The notes below the pieces were generated by a model. That model saw only the letters and a list, made by a program, of their open reading frames with translations, was not told where the DNA came from and did no database searches. A DNA stretch of 36,440 nucleotides from the IMG/VR virus record IMGVR_UViG_3300038797_000043, positions 1-36,440 of that record; one strand, given 5' to 3'. This stretch comes from a virus. Its lineage: Duplodnaviria; Caudoviricetes. This document shows positions 27,695 to 36,440 of this stretch, piece by piece. The position numbers and the translations under genes were made by a program. The stretch's first letter is position 1. Every line of letters begins with the position of its first letter.

Positions 27695-27897
27695 TCGACT
27701 TCGACGCGGTGCAGCGGCTGAATGTCCAGGACGGTGATCTGCTGGTAGTGCCAGAGAACAGCGATCAGCAGGACATGGTGCAGCTGCGCGACGCGCTCCG
27801 CATCCAGAACCCTCAGCGCAAAGTCATCATCATTCGTGGCCCGATCCAGCACATGAACGTCGGCGACATGAATCAGCTTGGCTGGTACCGGGCGTGA
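27691..27897 (+). CDS. Small hypothetical protein in lysis cassette (68 aa)
   Basis: Overlapping start/stop with both neighbours. Confidence 0.65.
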   Translation: MIDFDAVQRLNVQDGDLLVVPENSDQQDMVQLRDALRIQNPQRKVIIIRGPIQHMNVGDMNQLGWYRA

Positions 27898-28337
27898 GCA
27901 TCCTGCGGCAGGCCTTGCTCGGCGTTGCATTGCTTGCAGCGCTGGGGCTGCTGATCTACAGCCAGGAGCTGCGCATCAGCGGGGCGAATAAAGACACGCT
28001 ACTGGCCGAGCAAGACGCCAGCCGCGCCAGAGAACAAGCCGAACGCAATCTCGCCAACGCCAACGCGTTGCGCGACACCCTGCAACAGGAACGCAACGCC
28101 CAAACCACCCTGCGCGCACAACAGGATCAACTGCGCCAAGGCCTGGCAAAGCGCGAACTCACCATCGAGGCTCTGAAACGTGAAAACGCCGACCTACGCA
28201 ATTGGGCTGCACAGCTTTTGCCTGATGCTGCTCGCAGGCTGCGCGAGCGCCCCGCCTTCACCGGCGCCGACGCTTATCGTCAGTGGCTGTCCGGCCGTGG
28301 TGCCGTGCACGCTGCCGGCAACCAGCCCGCGCAGTAA
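27894..28337 (+). CDS. lysB: i-spanin (LysB/Rz-like)
   Basis: N-terminal TM, coiled coil, ENADLRNWA..LP. Confidence 0.88.
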   Translation: MSILRQALLGVALLAALGLLIYSQELRISGANKDTLLAEQDASRAREQAERNLANANALRDTLQQERNAQTTLRAQQDQLRQGLAKRELTIEALKRENADLRNWAAQLLPDAARRLRERPAFTGADAYRQWLSGRGAVHAAGNQPAQ

Positions 28338-28437
28338 TGGTGACCAACTGACCGACCAGGATCGCGTCGAGGCCGCTTGGGCAGACTGTGCGAGCCAAGT
28401 GGACATGGTTTACCAATATCAGCAGGCCCGACCATGA
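28180..28437 (+). CDS. lysC: o-spanin lipoprotein (LysC/Rz1-like)
   Basis: Lipobox LLAGC, Pro-rich, CP.V.PC...AWADCA; overlaps lysB. Confidence 0.85.
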   Translation: MKTPTYAIGLHSFCLMLLAGCASAPPSPAPTLIVSGCPAVVPCTLPATSPRSNGDQLTDQDRVEAAWADCASQVDMVYQYQQARP

Positions 28438-28910
28438 ACAAGCCCGACAGCCTGAAAGCGCACCTGCTCGCAACCGTGGCCGAACTCAAGCACAACCCCG
28501 ACCGACTGTTGATCTTCATCGACAACGGAAAGATCCGCTGCACCGCCGCGCAGACGTTGTCGTTCGAATACAGCTTCGACCTGCAAGTCATCCTCACGGA
28601 TTTCGCCGGCCATCCCGACAGCGTCATGCTGCCGCTGCTCGGTTGGTTGAGCGTCCATCAGTCCGAGTTGTTGGAGAACCTGAGCAAGGCCGCTGACGGC
28701 ATCCAATTCGAGGCTGACATTCTCGACAACAGCAAAGTGGATATGAGCCTGACATTGCCGCTGACTGAGCGTGTAGTGGTGGGCAAGGATGATCGGGGAA
28801 ACACCACCATTCGGCATCCCGGCGAGCCGCAACGGGCTGCGGATTTTCTTGATCCGAACTGGATACCTGGCGCGCAGGGTACTGGTAGTGAGTGGGTGCT
28901 GCCGAAATGA
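28434..28910 (+). CDS. R: Tail completion protein
   Basis: MNKPDSLKAHL...NPDRLLIFIDNG...LPLTERV. Confidence 0.92.
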   Translation: MNKPDSLKAHLLATVAELKHNPDRLLIFIDNGKIRCTAAQTLSFEYSFDLQVILTDFAGHPDSVMLPLLGWLSVHQSELLENLSKAADGIQFEADILDNSKVDMSLTLPLTERVVVGKDDRGNTTIRHPGEPQRAADFLDPNWIPGAQGTGSEWVLPK

Positions 28911-29377
28911 CCGATCGACTGGAAGCGCTGGAAGATTGGGCGGCGGGATTGCTTGGGCAGCTTGGACCTGCGTCGCGCAATAGGTTGGCACGAAGCGTTG
29001 GTCGAGCATTGCGGCGCAGCCAGCAACAACGAATCATTGCCCAGCAGAATCCGGACGGCAGCAAGTACGCGCCGCGAAAGCAGCGCAACGTACGTGGCAA
29101 GCAAGGAAGAATAAAACGGAAGGTGAAGATGTTTCAGAAACTGCGCACATCCAGTTTTCTGAAGGTGCAAGGTGATGGGAACGCCATTTGGATAGGCTAC
29201 ACCGGGCGAATCGCCCGGATTGCCAAGGTGCACCAGTACGGCTTGAAGGATCGAGCCGAACAGGGCGCACCGAATGTGAAGTACGAGCAGCGGGTAGTGC
29301 TTGGTTTTACCAACGCCGAACACGATATGCTGCGCGACACCCTACTTGAGCACCTCACTCGGGACTACCCTACGTAA
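28907..29377 (+). CDS. S: Tail completion / virion morphogenesis protein
   Basis: RIIAQQNPDGSKYAPRK, RIAKVHQYG. Confidence 0.92.
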   Translation: MTDRLEALEDWAAGLLGQLGPASRNRLARSVGRALRRSQQQRIIAQQNPDGSKYAPRKQRNVRGKQGRIKRKVKMFQKLRTSSFLKVQGDGNAIWIGYTGRIARIAKVHQYGLKDRAEQGAPNVKYEQRVVLGFTNAEHDMLRDTLLEHLTRDYPT

Positions 29378-29658
29378 GAGCTGGCCATCGCCGCAGAATA
29401 TGCCGACGCCTGAGAAAGATTGAGACGGCACCGATTCAGATCGATGTGGATGTGAAAGGCACCCTCACGTTCGTTATAGCTGCACTCGATATCACGCCCT
29501 TCGCACAGCGCGGTACAGTCGTCGATCAACTGATCAGTCTTGCGCTGACGGCCCAGATCAGACTTGTTCACGGTGTAATCGTGACGCGTAATCCCGGAGA
29601 AGGCTTTTTGGATGCTGACGTTAATCAGTTCATCCAGAATTGCTGAAAAATTAGCCAT
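29365..29658 (-). CDS. Hypothetical 97-aa moron gene between S and V
   Basis: Opposite strand, GAGGA RBS, own AT-rich upstream region. Confidence 0.72.
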   Translation of the reverse strand: MANFSAILDELINVSIQKAFSGITRHDYTVNKSDLGRQRKTDQLIDDCTALCEGRDIECSYNEREGAFHIHIDLNRCRLNLSQASAYSAAMASSYVG

Positions 29659-29821
29659 TTGCTATTCCTCTGTATGCCTGATCACCGAATTGGGATCAGA
29701 TAAGGAGACTATAAGATAAAGATAAGGAATAGACAAGGAGCAATTAACCTTGTCATAAAGATCCATTAACTGAATCACCAAGCCTCTTCCTAACGTTGAC
29801 CTGCATTGAAAAAAGGTGACT

Positions 29822-29840
29822 TGTACCACTAAGAGTTACA
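29822..29840 (+). promoter_or_regulatory. Ogr-type late activator site upstream of V
   Basis: TGTA-N11-TACA. Confidence 0.75.
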
Positions 29841-29887
29841 GCTTCTGACAACGGCATCGATTGCAAAAAGGCGCCACCATCGGCGCT

Positions 29888-30460
29888 ATGAACGACTTAG
29901 CCACCCTCGCCCGCCTGATCGAAAACCTCATCCGCCTCGGCACCATAGCTGCCGTCCAGATGAAGCCCCCGCGCGTGCAGGTCAAAACCGGATCACTCAC
30001 CACCGGCTGGCTCCCATGGATCACCGCGCGCGCCGGCGCCGACTGCGAATGGAATCCGCCCAGCCAGGGCGAGCAGGTCATCCTCTTCAGCCCATCCGGG
30101 CAACTCGGTAACGGCATCGTCCTGACAGGCCTGTTCAGCGACAACATCCCGGCCAACGGCGACCGTGAAGGCCTGCACCGAACGACCTACCGCGACGGCA
30201 CCGTCATCGAGTACGACAGCGTCGCCCACCACCTCAACGCCACGCTGGCCGAAGGCGGCACCACCAACCTGATCAGCACAGGCGGCATCCACATCGTCGG
30301 CCCGATCACCCACGAAGGCGACTACACCCAGACCGGCAACCAGAACATCACTGGCATGGTCACCGTGTCCGAAGATGTCATCGCAGCCGGCATCAGTCTG
30401 GTGAAGCACCAGCACGGCAACGTCATGCCCGGAAGCGCGAAAACGGGGAAACCGGAATGA
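29888..30460 (+). CDS. V: Baseplate spike protein
   Basis: RLIENLIRLG, WLPW, PSQGEQV, C-terminal HQH. Confidence 0.94.
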   Translation: MNDLATLARLIENLIRLGTIAAVQMKPPRVQVKTGSLTTGWLPWITARAGADCEWNPPSQGEQVILFSPSGQLGNGIVLTGLFSDNIPANGDREGLHRTTYRDGTVIEYDSVAHHLNATLAEGGTTNLISTGGIHIVGPITHEGDYTQTGNQNITGMVTVSEDVIAAGISLVKHQHGNVMPGSAKTGKPE

Positions 30461-30801
30461 ACCGAGAAACCGGCGCAGCCCTCGGCCTGGTCGAACACAT
30501 CGCTCAGTCCATCACTGACATCCTGCGCACTCGCATCGGCACCCGCGTCATGCGCCGCGAATACGGCAGCCTGCTCCCCGAGCTGGTAGATCAGCCGTTC
30601 AACGACTTCACCCGATTGCAGGTCTACGCCGCCACCGTAATGGCACTGATGCGCTGGGAAACCCGCATCAGCCTCAGCCGTATTCAATTCATCGGCGCGA
30701 ACCTTCAGGGCCAGGCGTCGCTGGAGTTCGAAGGCACCATCGTCGACAACAATCAGCCGCTAAGCCTAAGCGTGCCTCTGCAACTGGGGGGCAGCGTATG
30801 A
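30457..30801 (+). CDS. W: Baseplate protein (gp25-like)
   Basis: HIAQSITDIL.T.IGTRVMRREYGS. Confidence 0.94.
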   Translation: MNRETGAALGLVEHIAQSITDILRTRIGTRVMRREYGSLLPELVDQPFNDFTRLQVYAATVMALMRWETRISLSRIQFIGANLQGQASLEFEGTIVDNNQPLSLSVPLQLGGSV

Positions 30802-31709
30802 ATACTTTTGTCGCCATCGACCTCGGCCAACTGCCAGCGCCGCAGATCGTCGAACAGATCGACTACGAACAGATCCTCGCCGAGCGCAAGGCCTACGCCG
30901 TGAGCCTCTGGCCGATCGAAGAACAACCCGAGATTGCCGCCCGGCTCAACATGGAGTCGGAGCCGCTGACCAAATTACTCGAGGAAAACGCCTACCGCGA
31001 AACCGTCTGGCGTCAGCGGGTCAACGAAGCTTCGGTTGCTAACATGCTGGCCCTGGCCAAAGGCACCGACCTCGAACAGCTCGCCGCCAACTTCAACGTG
31101 AAGCGGCTGGTCATTCAGGCTGCAAACCCAACAGCTGTGCCGCCCCTCCCCAAACTAATGGAAAGCGACGACAGCCTGCGCGAGCGTGCGCAAATGGCAT
31201 GGGAAGGCCTTAGCACCGCCGGCCCGCGCAACAGCTACATCTTCCATGCCCGGTCCGCTGACGGTCAGGTCGCCGACGCTACCGCCGAAAGCCCGGCCCC
31301 GGCCGAAGCCGTGGTCACAGTGCAATCCGTGCTGGGCGATGGCACCGCGTCGCCGGCACTGCTCGACAAGGTCAAAACGTACCTCAGCGACGACGACCGC
31401 CGCCCCGTCGCGGATCGCCTTACCGTCCAGGGTGCGGAGATCATCAATTACCAGATCAAAGCCAAGATTTACCCGCTGAGCAACGGCCCCGAAACTGAAT
31501 TGGTCCTCGCAGCAGCCGAAGCCCAGTTGCTCCAGTTCGTGCATCAGCGCCGACGCCTGGCACTGGAGGTTTCCGAATCCATCGTGCACGCCGCGCTGCA
31601 CGTCGAGGGCGTGCGCAAAGTCGTGCTGGAAGACTGGGAAGACATCGTCGCCACCAAGTACCAGGCGCCGTATTGCACGAGCGTGGAACTGACATTGGGG
31701 GTGGAGTAA
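30798..31709 (+). CDS. J: Baseplate J protein
   Basis: IDLGQLPAP, ESEPLTKLL, STAGP, RPVADR. Confidence 0.95.
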   Translation: MNTFVAIDLGQLPAPQIVEQIDYEQILAERKAYAVSLWPIEEQPEIAARLNMESEPLTKLLEENAYRETVWRQRVNEASVANMLALAKGTDLEQLAANFNVKRLVIQAANPTAVPPLPKLMESDDSLRERAQMAWEGLSTAGPRNSYIFHARSADGQVADATAESPAPAEAVVTVQSVLGDGTASPALLDKVKTYLSDDDRRPVADRLTVQGAEIINYQIKAKIYPLSNGPETELVLAAAEAQLLQFVHQRRRLALEVSESIVHAALHVEGVRKVVLEDWEDIVATKYQAPYCTSVELTLGVE

Positions 31710-32332
31710 TGACCTATCAGCCACTGCTACCCGGCAACTCGACACCACTGGAACGCCAAGCCGTGCAGGCCTTGGCAGAAATCCAGCGTGTGCCGATTCC
31801 TTTGCGCACGCTCTACAACCCTGACCAGTGCCCCCTGCCCTTACTGCCGTATTTGGCCTGGGCGTTTTCGGTCGATCGCTGGGACAGCAAATGGACAGAA
31901 GCCGCCAAGCGTGCCGCCTGCCGTGCCGCGTATTACGTGCACTCGCACAAGGGCACCATCGGTGCGCTGCGCCGGGTCGTTGAACCGCTCGGCTACCTGA
32001 TTGAGGTCGCCGAGTGGTGGCAAACCGTTCCACCTGGCACGCCGGGCACCTTCGCGTTGCGCATTGGCGTCCTCGACTCCGGCATCACCGAAGCGATGTA
32101 TCAGGAACTGGTCTGGCTGATCGACGACGCCAAGCCACTCACCCGCCACCTCACCGGCCTCGACATCATTCTTGAAACCCGACTCGACGCCTTCGTTGGC
32201 TTCGCCGTTTACGACGGCGACGAAATCGACGTGTATCCCTGGAACAACCCGGACATCGACGTATCCGTCCGGGGTTACAGCGGCGTGAGCCTCTACACCC
32301 TCGACGAACTGGACGTGTATCCCCATGGTTGA
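31709..32332 (+). CDS. I: Tail protein I
   Basis: LLPGNSTPLER, LPYLAWAFSVDRWD, HKGT. Confidence 0.94.
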   Translation: MTYQPLLPGNSTPLERQAVQALAEIQRVPIPLRTLYNPDQCPLPLLPYLAWAFSVDRWDSKWTEAAKRAACRAAYYVHSHKGTIGALRRVVEPLGYLIEVAEWWQTVPPGTPGTFALRIGVLDSGITEAMYQELVWLIDDAKPLTRHLTGLDIILETRLDAFVGFAVYDGDEIDVYPWNNPDIDVSVRGYSGVSLYTLDELDVYPHG

Positions 32333-33863
32333 TCAGAACTTTATTTTCGGCGGCATGCTGACGACGCTGGGCGCCGCCAAGAAAACCAACTGCGACGCCC
32401 TCGGCATTCCCTGGGAGCCGCGTTACATGCTGATCGGCGATGCCAACGGTACCGATCCGGTACCCAGCCCCGCGCAGACCAAGCTGATCAATCAGCGGTA
32501 CCGCGCCCAGCTCAATCAGTTGCGTGTTTCGCCGACCGATGAAAATGTCCTCATCGCCGAGCTGGTGTTGCCCCCGGATGTTGGCGGCTGGTGGATCCGC
32601 GAATTGGCACTAGAAGACAAAGACGGCGTGTTCTCGGCGGTCGCCAATGTAGCGCCAAGCTACAAGCCATTGCTCGCACAAGGTTCCGGCCGTAACCAGG
32701 TCGTGCGGATGCACATCATCACCAGCGGCACGTCGAACATTCAGTTGAAGATCGACCCGTCGGTGGTGCTTGCCACTCGCGAATACGTCGACACGAAGAT
32801 TTTGGAGGAACTGTACAAGCTCGACAGCAAGCAGTCGGTGCGGGCCGCGACGACGGCCAATATTGCGCTGTTGGGGCTTCAGTCGATCGACGGCGTGGCC
32901 CTGGCTGTGGGTGACCGGGTGCTGGTGAAAAATCAGAACGCCGCCAAGGACAACGGCATTTGGGTGGCCGCCGCAGCTGGTTGGTCGCGTGCGGCAGATG
33001 CTGACTCGAATACTGAGGTGACCTCGGCGTTGTCGGTGTCGGTCGAGCAAGGTGCTACGTTGGCCGACACGCGTTGGCAGTTGATCACCGACGGGGCGAT
33101 TGTCCTGGGGACCACGGCGCTGACGTTCCAGAACATCACACAAGGTTTTGCCCCGATCAACGCTCCGGCACTGGTCAATCCGACGGCCAACACCCCGCAG
33201 CAATTTGATGCTAGCCAAAAGCTCGCTACGACTGAGTTTGTACAGCGATCGGCGGGTAGTTTGGCCGGCTACGTCGCCTATGCGGTAAATACCGTTTTGA
33301 CGGCGTCCGATGTCGGCAAGTACGTCTATACAAGCGGGGCGACTGTCACTCTCACGCTGCCTGATGTCACGCTGTTGCCTCTCGGAAGTCGTATTTATAT
33401 TCAGGCGGGAGCAATGACCGTCTGCACTGTAAGGTCCATTAACGGCGCGATTACTGGGCCAAATGGCAATCAGGTGGGTTCAAACAGTGTGGTGCTGGGT
33501 AACGGCGTTGCGTCAGAATTTATCGCAACGGGTGTGAACTGGCTGGCCGTTGGCGGATCTGGACTCGCTGCTCTTTTTGCTAATGGCTATCAGCGGTATC
33601 CGTCGGGTCTGATCGAGCAATGGGGAACCGTAACGATCAATGACAACATAGAGGTGTTCATTACTTTGCCCATCGCGTTCCCTACCGCAGTTCTCGGGGC
33701 GATGGCAGGAATATCCAACTCGGGCGTAGTGGGTGGTGGAGAGTTCGCAACAGCCGGCGCGAGAAAGAACTCCAGCAGCCTGAGTACCATTGGTGTAAAC
33801 GCAAACACAGGGCCTAACCTGTCGACCAGTCAACTCGTAACTTGGCGAGCATGGGGTTATTGA
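32325..33863 (+). CDS. H: Tail fiber protein
   Basis: P2 H-like N-terminus (GGWWIRE, IDPSVVLATR); C-terminal NGYQRYPSGLIEQWG...PIAFP domain. Confidence 0.92.
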   Translation: MVDQNFIFGGMLTTLGAAKKTNCDALGIPWEPRYMLIGDANGTDPVPSPAQTKLINQRYRAQLNQLRVSPTDENVLIAELVLPPDVGGWWIRELALEDKDGVFSAVANVAPSYKPLLAQGSGRNQVVRMHIITSGTSNIQLKIDPSVVLATREYVDTKILEELYKLDSKQSVRAATTANIALLGLQSIDGVALAVGDRVLVKNQNAAKDNGIWVAAAAGWSRAADADSNTEVTSALSVSVEQGATLADTRWQLITDGAIVLGTTALTFQNITQGFAPINAPALVNPTANTPQQFDASQKLATTEFVQRSAGSLAGYVAYAVNTVLTASDVGKYVYTSGATVTLTLPDVTLLPLGSRIYIQAGAMTVCTVRSINGAITGPNGNQVGSNSVVLGNGVASEFIATGVNWLAVGGSGLAALFANGYQRYPSGLIEQWGTVTINDNIEVFITLPIAFPTAVLGAMAGISNSGVVGGGEFATAGARKNSSSLSTIGVNANTGPNLSTSQLVTWRAWGY

Positions 33864-33865
33864 TC

Positions 33866-34294
33866 ATGATTTTTTTCAGTGCGTCTGAGCGTGGTTTTTA
33901 CGACGACACCATTAACGGCAACATGCCAGATGATGGCGTTGAGGTCTCCGATGAGTGCCGCCGCGCAATTCTGGATGGTCAATCTGCCGGAATGGTTGTT
34001 GCTGCTGACGAGTTCGGCGCCCCTATCCTTGTCGAGCGGCCGGCGCCTAGCGCTGAGGTGCTGGCCGCCGCTGAGCGTGTTTGGCGTGATAGGCAGTTGA
34101 CGTTGACTGACCCTCTGGTTTCACGCCATCGTGACGAAGTCGAAGAAGGCGGACCAACGTCGCTCACGACTGAGCATTATGTCGAGCTTCAGGCGTACCG
34201 CCGCGCCCTTCGCAACTGGCCGGAATCGGGAGAGTTTCCCCTCGCAGAGCATCGCCCCACAGCACCGAGCTGGCTGAGCGAAGTGACTCTGTAA
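33866..34294 (+). CDS. Tail fiber assembly chaperone
   Basis: FFSASERGFY...ERVWRD...YRRALRNWP...FP....RP.AP. Confidence 0.85.
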   Translation: MIFFSASERGFYDDTINGNMPDDGVEVSDECRRAILDGQSAGMVVAADEFGAPILVERPAPSAEVLAAAERVWRDRQLTLTDPLVSRHRDEVEEGGPTSLTTEHYVELQAYRRALRNWPESGEFPLAEHRPTAPSWLSEVTL

Positions 34295-34316
34295 CGCGCC
34301 ATCGGTTTTCGTCCCC

Positions 34317-34335
34317 TGTAACTCCAGCCAATACA
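34317..34335 (+). promoter_or_regulatory. Ogr-type late activator site upstream of FI
   Basis: TGTA-N11-TACA. Confidence 0.75.
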
Positions 34336-34411
34336 ACCCCACGCGCTCGCCCATCCGGCGCGCGCGCGGCAGCCTGTGCACTGTCATCTCATTTACTGCG
34401 CAGGCAAAACC

Positions 34412-35581
34412 ATGGCCGATTATCTTCACGGCGTGCGGGTGCTCGAACTCAACGACGGCACCCGCCCCATTCGCACCATCCCCACCGCCGTCATCGGCAT
34501 GGTCTGCACGGCCGACGATGCCGACGCTACCGTTTTCCCGCTCGACACGCCGGTACTGCTCACCAACGTGCAGACCGCCGTCGGCAAAGCTGGCATCACG
34601 GGCACCCTCGCCGCCAGCTTGCAAGCCATTGCTGACCAGACCAAGCCCTACACCATTGTCGTGCGCGTCAAAGCAGGCGCCACCGAGGCGGAAACGGCCA
34701 GCGCGTTGATCGGCACCACAACCGCCGACGGCAAATACACCGGCATGAAAGCCCTGCTCGCCGCTAAGGCCAAAGTCGGCATGGTGCCGCGCATCCTCGG
34801 CGTGCCAGGTCTGGACAGCCAACCCGTGGCCACCGCATTGGCAAGCATCGCCCAGCAGTTGCGCGCCTTCTCCTACGTCAGTGCCTGGGACTGCAAAACC
34901 AAGGAAGAAGCCGTCGCCTATCGCGAGAACTTCGGCGCCCGAGAAGTCATGGTGATCTGGCCAGACTTCCAGAACTGGGACACCGTCACCAGCGCCACAG
35001 TGAAAGCCTCGGCCATCGCCCGAGCCTTGGGCCTGCGCGCCAAGATCGATCAGGAAGTGGGCTGGCACAAAACCCTTTCCAACGTCGCGGTGAATGGCGT
35101 CACCGGCATCAGCGCCGACGTTTTCTGGGATCTGCAAAACCCGGCCACCGATGCCAACTACCTCAACGGCAACGAGGTCACCACCCTGATCAACGAGGGC
35201 GGTTTCCGCTTCTGGGGCAGTCGGACGTGCAGCGACGATCCGCTGTTTGCCTTCGAGAACTACACCCGCACCGCGCAGATCCTCGCCGACACCATGGCTG
35301 AAGCGCAGATGTGGGCCGTGGACAAACCCATGCACCCGTCTCTGGTGCGCGACATGATCGAAAGCATCAAGGCCAAGTTCCGCGAAATGGTCGGCAGCGG
35401 CTACCTGATCGGCGGCGACTGCTGGTACCCGGAAGACATCAACGACAAGGACACGCTCAAGGCCGGCAAGCTCTACCTCGATTACGACTACACGCCTGTG
35501 CCGCCGCTGGAAGACCTGACCCTTCGTCAGCGCATCACCGACCGCTATCTGATCCAGTTCGCCAGCAAAGTGAACGCCTGA
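34412..35581 (+). CDS. FI: Tail sheath protein
   Basis: [34 protein letters not shown]. Confidence 0.96.
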   Translation: MADYLHGVRVLELNDGTRPIRTIPTAVIGMVCTADDADATVFPLDTPVLLTNVQTAVGKAGITGTLAASLQAIADQTKPYTIVVRVKAGATEAETASALIGTTTADGKYTGMKALLAAKAKVGMVPRILGVPGLDSQPVATALASIAQQLRAFSYVSAWDCKTKEEAVAYRENFGAREVMVIWPDFQNWDTVTSATVKASAIARALGLRAKIDQEVGWHKTLSNVAVNGVTGISADVFWDLQNPATDANYLNGNEVTTLINEGGFRFWGSRTCSDDPLFAFENYTRTAQILADTMAEAQMWAVDKPMHPSLVRDMIESIKAKFREMVGSGYLIGGDCWYPEDINDKDTLKAGKLYLDYDYTPVPPLEDLTLRQRITDRYLIQFASKVNA

Positions 35582-35627
35582 ATCGGCGCTCCCCTGCGGG
35601 GGAGTCCGTACCCCGGAGACCAACGCC

Positions 35628-36143
35628 ATGGCCATGCCTCGCAAACTCAAAAACATGAACCTGTTTAACGACGGCAACACCTATCAGGGCGTTGCCAAAA
35701 GCGTCACCCCGCCGCCGCTCGGTCGCAAGATGGAAAGCTACCGCGGCGGCGGCATGAACGGCCCGGTCAAGGCAGACCTCGGCTTCTCCGATGACGGCAT
35801 CCAGTTCGAATGGAAAACCGGCGGGCTGGATCTGATCGCGCTTCGGCAATTTGGCAGCGTCAACGCGTCAGGCGTGCAGCTGCGCTTTGCCGGTTCTTTC
35901 CAGCAGGACGACACCGGCGAAATCAGCGCTGTGGAAATCATCGTGCGTGGCCGTCACGAAACTATCGAGATGGGCGACGCGGCGCCTGGTGAAGACACCG
36001 AACACAGCATCACCACTACATGCAGCTACTACAAGCTGATCGTCGACAACGAAGACATCATCGAGATCGACTTGCTCAACTTCATCGAGAAGGTCAACGG
36101 CGTGGACATGCTGGAGAAACAGCGCTCTGCCATCGGCCTTTGA
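35628..36143 (+). CDS. FII: Major tail tube protein, second allele
   Basis: Protein identical to 150..665; DNA differs only at synonymous sites. Confidence 0.95.
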   Translation: MAMPRKLKNMNLFNDGNTYQGVAKSVTPPPLGRKMESYRGGGMNGPVKADLGFSDDGIQFEWKTGGLDLIALRQFGSVNASGVQLRFAGSFQQDDTGEISAVEIIVRGRHETIEMGDAAPGEDTEHSITTTCSYYKLIVDNEDIIEIDLLNFIEKVNGVDMLEKQRSAIGL

Positions 36144-36175
36144 CCGCCCCCTAAAACCATTACCCGGAGCAACAC

Positions 36176-36440
36176 ATGAACACCGAAGACACCAACACCG
36201 AAGCCCTGCCGGCAGTCGATGACAACACCGTCAACCTCGACACGCCCATCGTCCGCGGCAAGTCCTACATGACCAGCCTCACCCTGCGCAAACCGTCATC
36301 CGGCGAATTGCGCGGCGTCCACCTGGTGGACCTGCTGAACCTCGACGTCGCCGCCCTGCTCAAGGTTTTGCCGCGCATCACTTCGCCAAGCATCACCGCC
36401 ACCGAAGCCGCCGGCATGGACCCGGCCGATCTGCTGGCGT
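36176..36440 (+). CDS. E: Tail assembly chaperone gpE, second allele, cut by window end
   Basis: Matches 698..962 with two amino-acid changes (E->D, E->A). Confidence 0.9.
   Translation, partial: MNTEDTNTEALPAVDDNTVNLDTPIVRGKSYMTSLTLRKPSSGELRGVHLVDLLNLDVAALLKVLPRITSPSITATEAAGMDPADLLA

Larger units (their letters stand above)
1..36440. mobile_element. P2-like (phiCTX-type) prophage DNA; a full gene set, probably the right part of one prophage plus the left part of a related one, joined at att (~16750)
   Basis: P2 gene order Q-P-O-N-M-L-X-lysis-R-S-V-W-J-I-H-G-FI-FII-E-T-U-D, plus ogr, repressor, integrase and cos-like site; no host genes. Confidence 0.95.
35479..36440 (+). repeat. Direct repeat copy 2 of 1..962
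   Basis: Ungapped ~97% match. Confidence 0.97.

Noticed and set aside
35479-36440. Terminal repeat as simple assembler overlap or virion terminal redundancy
   Set aside because: Copies differ at about 30 mostly synonymous sites, and cos-packaging P2-like phages have no terminal redundancy

Overview
The whole window is P2-like (phiCTX-type) temperate phage DNA with GC-rich, Pseudomonas-like codon usage. No intact host gene is visible. Gene order: tail genes (FI end, FII, E/E', T, U, D), a low-GC three-gene accessory operon, the immunity/early region (repressor, Cro-like, CII-like, Ogr, Toprim primase-helicase, small genes, PrtN-like excisionase), a tyrosine integrase next to a dusA-type att junction, a palindromic ori-like region, a cos-like site, an RloC-like ABC-ATPase/HEPN gene, then portal-terminase-capsid-lysis-tail genes up to a second FI/FII/E. 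Bases 1-962 recur at 35479-36440 with about 30 mostly synonymous differences. This points to two related prophages in tandem joined at the dusA att site, or to a strain-chimeric circular assembly. Best candidates for new biology: (i) the coupled three-gene operon ending in a PD-(D/E)XK nuclease (likely anti-phage defence); (ii) a repeated CTGCAA-loop hairpin + RBS + MQ start unit that heads successive accessory genes; (iii) a free-standing duplicate of the replicative helicase domain; (iv) the RloC-like tRNase and a 97-aa moron with an RBS-occluding leader. Family calls come from motifs and synteny recognised by eye; no database search was run.
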